64,000 nt of DNA from Bugula neritina (lineage: Eukaryota > Animalia > Bryozoa), in contig OZ037772.1 of assembly GCA_964035545.1 (NCBI GenBank), positions 13,266,818 to 13,330,817 on the forward strand. Reading direction: 5' to 3'. The notes beneath the pieces were generated by a model that was not told where the DNA came from, made no database searches, and saw only the letters and a list, made by a program, of their open reading frames with translations. The translations under genes were made by a program, and so were the position numbers. Below are positions 57,332 to 64,000 of this stretch, piece by piece. Each line of letters starts with the position of its first letter. The stretch's first letter is position 1.

Positions 57332-60300
57332 CTAAAACAACCAAATCTCAAGATAATTCCTGTTGCTTGAAGAGAGATGTCCGTTCCCAAAGACTGAATG
57401 AAGAGAGAGCTGAAAGTGCAGGGTTTATATCAGTCTAGAAAATAGCTTTTTTCTGAAATAGCCAACATAGCTGCACACAAGCAAATAACACAACAGAGGA
57501 AAACATACTGTAGCTAACATAGCCTAATGTAGCTAACATAGCCTAATGTAGCTAACATAGCTATGTTAATACAATCAAAGCTGTAATGATTCAACAAAAG
57601 CTTTCCATGCTCATGTAATGCCCAAACAATTTTTATGCCTTACAGTGTACCTGTAAAAGCACGTATGCCCAAATGTCAACAGCGAACAGGTTATGCAGAA
57701 TAGATAATGTGGACAACATATTTTCTCCCTTATAGTGCAGTAGAAATATGTAACACAGGAGTTACCAACCTTTCCCTAATATTCCCCCTTTCATGAATAT
57801 TTACTATTAATTTCCCCCTTTTGACAAACTGTGAAAAATTTTTATAACTGGCATCATGATAATATAGGATACAACAATATACATTATATGAAAAGTGAAG
57901 CAGTATTTACAGCTCTAAATCCTGCATAGCACACTAACAACTATCAAGACAAACATCCACAATAAAAGTGACTTTAAAAACAACAAAATTTAGTTGAAGC
58001 ATCAATAACCAGTTTTAGAGACTATAGAGAATAAGAACATTGTATATAATGCATAGTACCAGAGGCATATAGTTTAAATGTGAGACTTTGGCAGAATTTG
58101 GCTGCTACTGGTAAAACCCATTCCCTAGTAATTTAAAATTGGAATATTCAGCTGATTAGGGTAAAATAATATAATTATGATATAAAAGTAGACATCAACC
58201 ACCAAGGGTATGTATAATCAGGTTAAGATAAACCGCATAAAACTTCCAGGCCATACCAACTTATAGAGAAGCAAAATAGTATATCAGTTCAACTTTAGTC
58301 AAATTTTATTTGTAATTCTTGAAAATATAACTCCATGAAAAGTTTGAAACTGTTTACTGGTAAAATTGTGATTAATTAAAAATTTCCGAATAATTCTATA
58401 AGTAGTTTAATCAAGGATTCTGTTATACTTCATAGGAATTGTTGGAACTTTACATAAGTTGGGAAAGCTTTTCCCTAATGCATTATAGCTTTTCATGTAT
58501 TATTACAGCTATGCAAGCTATATTACAATTTTCTGACACTCATTACGGCTACTAAACAATAGCTGACTTTTTTGACTGGTATAACAACCCAGTATTTTCA
58601 TCTATCTTTAAGCTTGTGTCTTGCAACTACGCTTACAACTTATGATGTAAAGGCTTTTACATCGCTACTTTCTTTTAGACTGCTACAATAAATATCTCTA
58701 TAATATATTAAAAACAACAGGAATTACCTCCATATAGCTCATCCAGCTGACCCATGTGAAGAATAATCTAGAATGACTTTGTCCAACTTTATACCCAATT
58801 GGTTGGTTGTCTAGTAGCTGACCATCTGACCATCACAGCAGTTACTGCAAGAAGAAAGCAGTCTATAATTATGTGGTGTTGCATATCATGAAAAACAATG
58901 AAATAAAATACTAAATATAACTTATTTTATAAAACATTATTGAAGAAAGCAACAAAAGTAAAAATGGAGAACAACAGGGGAGGGGGGGGGGGAATTCACA
59001 TTTTTTATTGATGTATAGGTGTACAGAAGAGTGTCACACTTGATTAATTTAAAAAAATGATTTGTTGAAAGAGCCATAACCAAAAATCAAAAATGAAAGC
59101 CTGACTTCGTTTTCTTACCACAAGCAAACATAGCACTATGTAAACTTATATTTTTTAATGAGAGGTTTTCACACATTCAGCAATAAATTGACAGAACAAG
59201 AAATATTATTGAAGAGTGCTCATTTAGATGGAATGAGATTTGGTAGTATTTACAAGGTCCAAAATCAAATGAATTACTTATTGATGGTTTTCAATGAATG
59301 CAAGGATTGTATTAACATGAAAGTAAAATCCTAAAATAAAATTCCAATCATGTGCTGATTTTTCATCTCTTCAGTCAAGTTTTGTATGGAGCTAGGGTAA
59401 GGTTGGCAAGAGCTATTACAATAGGCTGTTTTAACTTTCATTAGAAATGCATATGGCAATTCTTGAATGAAATAAACAGCTAAAACTTTTAAAGCTAAAT
59501 ATAACGGCAGAAAAACAGCCAAGTGTTACGGTAGAATTAATCAACAGTGGACTTCATAGCTAACAGGACATATAGTATCAGTATTTTATGTGCCGAACAG
59601 TACAGTTTCATTTTAATCATCACTCTATAGTACAGTTCTATGTGCACAACTTCCCAAAGTTATATATTCTACACCTTACACAATTATATTGCAACTTTTA
59701 TCAAAAGCACATGCTTCAGTGTTTGAGTAGTAACGCTTGTTATGCTTATCCTAAATCATACTTTGTCCAAGGGAAGGTAGAAAAAGCTGAATCTAACATC
59801 ATTTATGAGAGTAGCTATCTCCTGGTAGTAGCTTTATGAATGCTAAAACCTACTAGCACATAACACAGGGAAAGAGCAAATATTGTTACAATAAACAATT
59901 CATTTAGACACAAACCTGAATGGATGAAAAGTTTCGGTGAACCTAACACAGAGAGAAGACAACTTCTACATGTCGGCTTGTGAGCATCTCATGGATATAA
60001 AACTGGTCTTGGTAGCAAGGTGACTTCTATCTGCATGTGGTTAAACACAACTACAAAACAGACAATAAATATTCTAAACTACCTTAATATATAAAACATT
60101 TTATTTTAATTAGCTAATAGTAAATGTTTGCAGAGCTGAGATACTAGTCTACTGACTACAAGTGATTAACTTGAACAAATTCACAAGACTTGGAGTTAAC
60201 AAGACTAAAATAATAAATAAACCATAACATTTTTACTACCAGTTCAAACAGAAATAGATATACATGAATTATGGACATCAGTTATCAAGAAGAATACAAG

Positions 60301-61595
60301 AAGCACAAGATAATTCTTCCAATACATCGTGTAAAACTAGTAAAATTGAAACCACAGAGAAAATTATTGTAAATAATAAATACCTAATTATAACCAAAAT
60401 GGGGCTCACAGAACTGACCACAGCTGGCTAGGTCCTATCTTCCTGGTGTAGACCATATGTTCTCTAATGTGTGAATATCTGAGCTGCTCGGAGACATTCT
60501 AAAAAACAAAACACATTTGACAAATTGAAGTTGTTGAATAAATGATGACAGACATGTATGAGACAAATTATAGACTGTGAAATCTAGAGTATGGGAAATT
60601 TGTATCATGATAAAATCAACTTAGTCTACAGAACCAGGAAAGACACTTCTTTGAATCAAAAACTTTTTCAGTTGAAACAACGTAAACTGAATATTCCACT
60701 TTTTAATTTCAAGGAATGATTATGACTATAATATGAGTATGTAACTGAAATAAAGTCAAAGAAATTGAATTATTGGGTAGGAGTTAAAATTTATTGCACA
60801 GTTATGGCTATTTTGAAAAGGAAAGTTGATTTCAATTATGAGCCATACAGTACAGAGTAGCAAATCAATGAATTAAAATCATAAGCTTGTACATGTGGTG
60901 AGCAAAGCGACAGCCGCACTATTACAGAAAGGTCATTGTAAAATGTTAGTGTAAATATTTGTGCGAAGTTTAGTACTCCTGCAGAGGGCTTGATATAGAA
61001 TCACAAAAATTATGTCTAATGATCATATATCACAACAGAATACCGTAATTATTAAAACATCATTATATTAATATATAAATTAACCATCCCTTCAGTGTGG
61101 ATAACAATTAATTAAGGCAAGCAGATAAAATCAAGCTGAAGACAGGTCTATTGTAAAATGAAAAATTTATAGAATGAAAATGAAAAAAAAACTTTAAATG
61201 CTGAAATAAAAAGAAAATATGATGTCAGCAAAAATGGCTTGGCATATTATATGATTAGTAGGTACAGCAGCACCAATATTATGCTTAGACAAGAAATTAT
61301 CCCAAAGGATAAATTTTCAATAAACTAAAGAAATGAGCACTGACTCACTGCATCAACTATTAGCTAGAAAACCTTACATCAAACTAAAAGCAGTATAACA
61401 GCTAGGGTGCTAAAATGTATAGCTCACTATTTGTAGTATTACTAACATTATTATTCCTAGTATTGATTTTGTGGTTTAGTTCAACAAACCAGAGGAGAAC
61501 AGGGTAAAATTGTTACCTTGAAATCAAGCCAATTCAAAGCCAAGCTAAATTGAGATTTATTATATAAGCCTTGCAGCTGCATTTACTCAATTGAG
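57003..61595 (-). other. Duplicated spliced unit, copy B (inverted relative to copy A)
   Basis: Reverse complement aligns by eye to ~49700-54114, lacking ~51365-51745 and with extra sequence at ~60840-61455. Confidence 0.75.
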
Positions 61596-62004
61596 TGCTT
61601 TAAATATTTGTTTTTGTTTTTGGAAATTTTTTAAAAGTTCTTAAACTTGTTCATTGAGCTAAAACATATAAAACACTATAAGTTAAGCTCATGAATTACA
61701 ACCATGTTCAGTGCCAGTGAGATGCACAGAATAAAAAGTGTCCATCATTGAAACTGTAATTAAATCAAGTTTATGTTGATAATCAAATAAAATTTGTTCA
61801 ATTAAACAATTTATTTATAATTTTTATTATAAATCTTTAGTGAAAACATGTAACAAAGGGCAAAAAACTGGGTGAAATCATCCGCAACTACCCTCTGTAA
61901 ACATATAGTAATATGAGGCACGCCTCCTACCAATAAATAGCATAATGGTGGACAACGCCCTAAAATCGCCGCTCAAATATCGATCATCTCAGGGCTGAGG
62001 CTGA

Positions 62005-63560
62005 CAAGAGCTTTTACAATAGGCTGTTTTAACTTTTATTAGAAACATGTTTGGCAATTTTTGAATGAAATTAACAGCTACAACTTTTAAAACAAAATAA
62101 AACAACAGAAAAACAGCCATGTGTTACGGTAGTGTTATTCAACAGTGGATTTCATAGCTAATAGGAGCAGATATAGGTCAACTGAGTTTACCTAACTGTC
62201 TAGCACTGGAAGTTTTACTAATTCCAAGGGTTGGTAGTAAAGGTTAGACAACTTTAACTTAATGAAAGGAAGAGTTAATATTGTTGCAGTAAGCAATTCA
62301 TTTAAACACACACCTGAACTGATGAAAAGTTTTGATGAATGAAACACAGAGAGAAGACAACTTCTACATGTCGGCTTGTGAGCATCTCATGGATATAAAA
62401 CCAGTCTTGATAGCAAGGTGACTTCTATCTGCATGTGGTTAAACACAACTACAAAACAGACAATAAATTTTATAAACTACCTTAATATATAAAACATTTT
62501 ATTTTAATTTGCTAATAGTAAATGTTTGCAGAGCTGGGATACTAGTCACAAGATGTCGAGTTAACAAGACTGAAATAATAAATAAAACATTACTTTTTCA
62601 CTATTAAAGATGAAATAGATAAACATAAATTATGGACATCAGTTATAAAAATGAATACAGAAAGTACAAGATAATTAATTCCTAATATCCTGTAAAATTG
62701 GTAAAATTGAAAACACAGACAAAATTATCATAAATAATAAATACCTAATTATAACCAAGATGGGGCTCTCAGAACTGACCACAGTTGGCTAAGTCCTATC
62801 TTCCTGGTGAAAACCATATGTTCTCTAATGTGTGAATATCTGAGCTGCTCGGAAACATTCTAAAAAATAAACACATTCGATGAATTAAAATTGTTGAATA
62901 AATGATGACAAGACATGTATGAGACATCTTACAGACTGTAGAATCTAGAGTATTGGAAATTTACATGGTGATACATTTTTATTATGATAAAATCAGCATA
63001 GTCTACAGAACCAGGAGAGAAACTTCTTTGAATCAGAAACACAACTTGTTTTAGTTGAAGCAGCTTAAACTGAATATTCCACTTTAACTTTTGAATTTCG
63101 ATCCATGATTATGACCATGATGAGTATGTAACTGAAATAAAGTCAAACGAATTAAATCATTGGGCAACAGTTAAACTTTATTATACTGGTAAGGCTGTAG
63201 TGAAAAAAATTAAAACATTTGATTTCAATTATACTATTATTCACAGTATTGATTTTGTAGTTCAGTTCAACAGACCAGAGAAGAACAGGGTAGAAGTTGT
63301 ACGTTGAAATTAAGCTAATTTGAAGCTAAGCTATATTGAAATTCATTATATGCCTTGCAGTTGTATTTACTCAAATGACTGCAGAATCAAATTGATAAAA
63401 AATGAGTGGCAGCTTATAAATTGAATAAAATATTCAATTTGAATTCTAAGCCTATGAATGAATACAGATTAACAGTTTACTAAAGACGGTACACAATTAT
63501 TAAATGACGTGCTAAATAAAGGATTACTTTGGTAAGATGACCAAACAGTTTCAGTTGCTG
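62005..63560 (-). other. Duplicated spliced unit, copy C (5' part only, tandem to copy B)
   Basis: Reverse complement aligns to ~49520-51355; shares the exon blocks CATATGG..CACCAGGAAGATAGGAC and CACATGCAGATAGAAGTCACCTTGC. Confidence 0.75.
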
Positions 63561-64000
63561 GACCAGTCAGTTTGAAGGGCAACTTAGTAATGGCAGTGCA
63601 GAAATTGGCAGAAATTGAACAGGTGAGCTAGAAAAACTGCTTGTTCTAGAAGCTATTCAGGTAAATGATGAAAATAAATGTTGCAACTTGTGATTTGACT
63701 TTTGAAATTTTTATGAAGCTTTATCATCCTTCCAACCATTCACCATTAAATCACTAATTTCTCTTATCGAATGCAACTAGATATTAGCATGAGGTTAGGG
63801 ACCTAAAGAAAGAGGCCAGGGCTGTGCATGCACTTGCTTACTCCCAACTCTGACTACTGGTTGCAGGTAAACATTCAACTACTTGTTTGAAATGTGTTGG
63901 GGCAGGTCATGGTCATGGTCATGAAATACTAGACAATCTGTATAGCATTAAGTTTACTATAATATGTGTGTAACGTCACTGTATGCCTGATGAAATAACT

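Noticed and set aside
50926-59839. Similar ORFs at 50926-51216 (-) and 59588-59839 (+) in both arms
   Set aside because: Different starts and ends, many non-synonymous changes, antisense to the splice signals, and absent from copy C; explained by the duplication.

Overview
AT-rich animal (invertebrate-like) genomic DNA with spliceosomal introns; the species cannot be established from the sequence. Four multi-exon genes were assembled by hand with GT-AG introns and continuous frames. Two are tail-to-tail, 15-exon SLC27/FATP very-long-chain acyl-CoA synthetase paralogs (+ 2130-10153; - 28442-10911) that share a ~370-bp gene-conversion tract. The others are a secreted PAN/Apple-like + F-type lectin gene (- 37212-34146) and a two-TM NHL-propeller/EGF membrane protein gene (+ 38275-46963). 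Many introns in 1-47 kb carry their own minisatellite, and several repeat units are copies of that intron's own donor, branch point or acceptor. Mobile elements: a 3.4-kb foldback Sola2-like element, two MITEs and a solo LTR. From 47.5 kb onward the minisatellites disappear. That region holds a triplicated, apparently non-coding spliced unit with unprocessed PSMB7 fragments, arranged as a multi-kb inverted repeat around a (TTAGTC)n array. Most long ORFs in the supplied track are tandem-repeat artefacts. All alignments and counts were done by eye.
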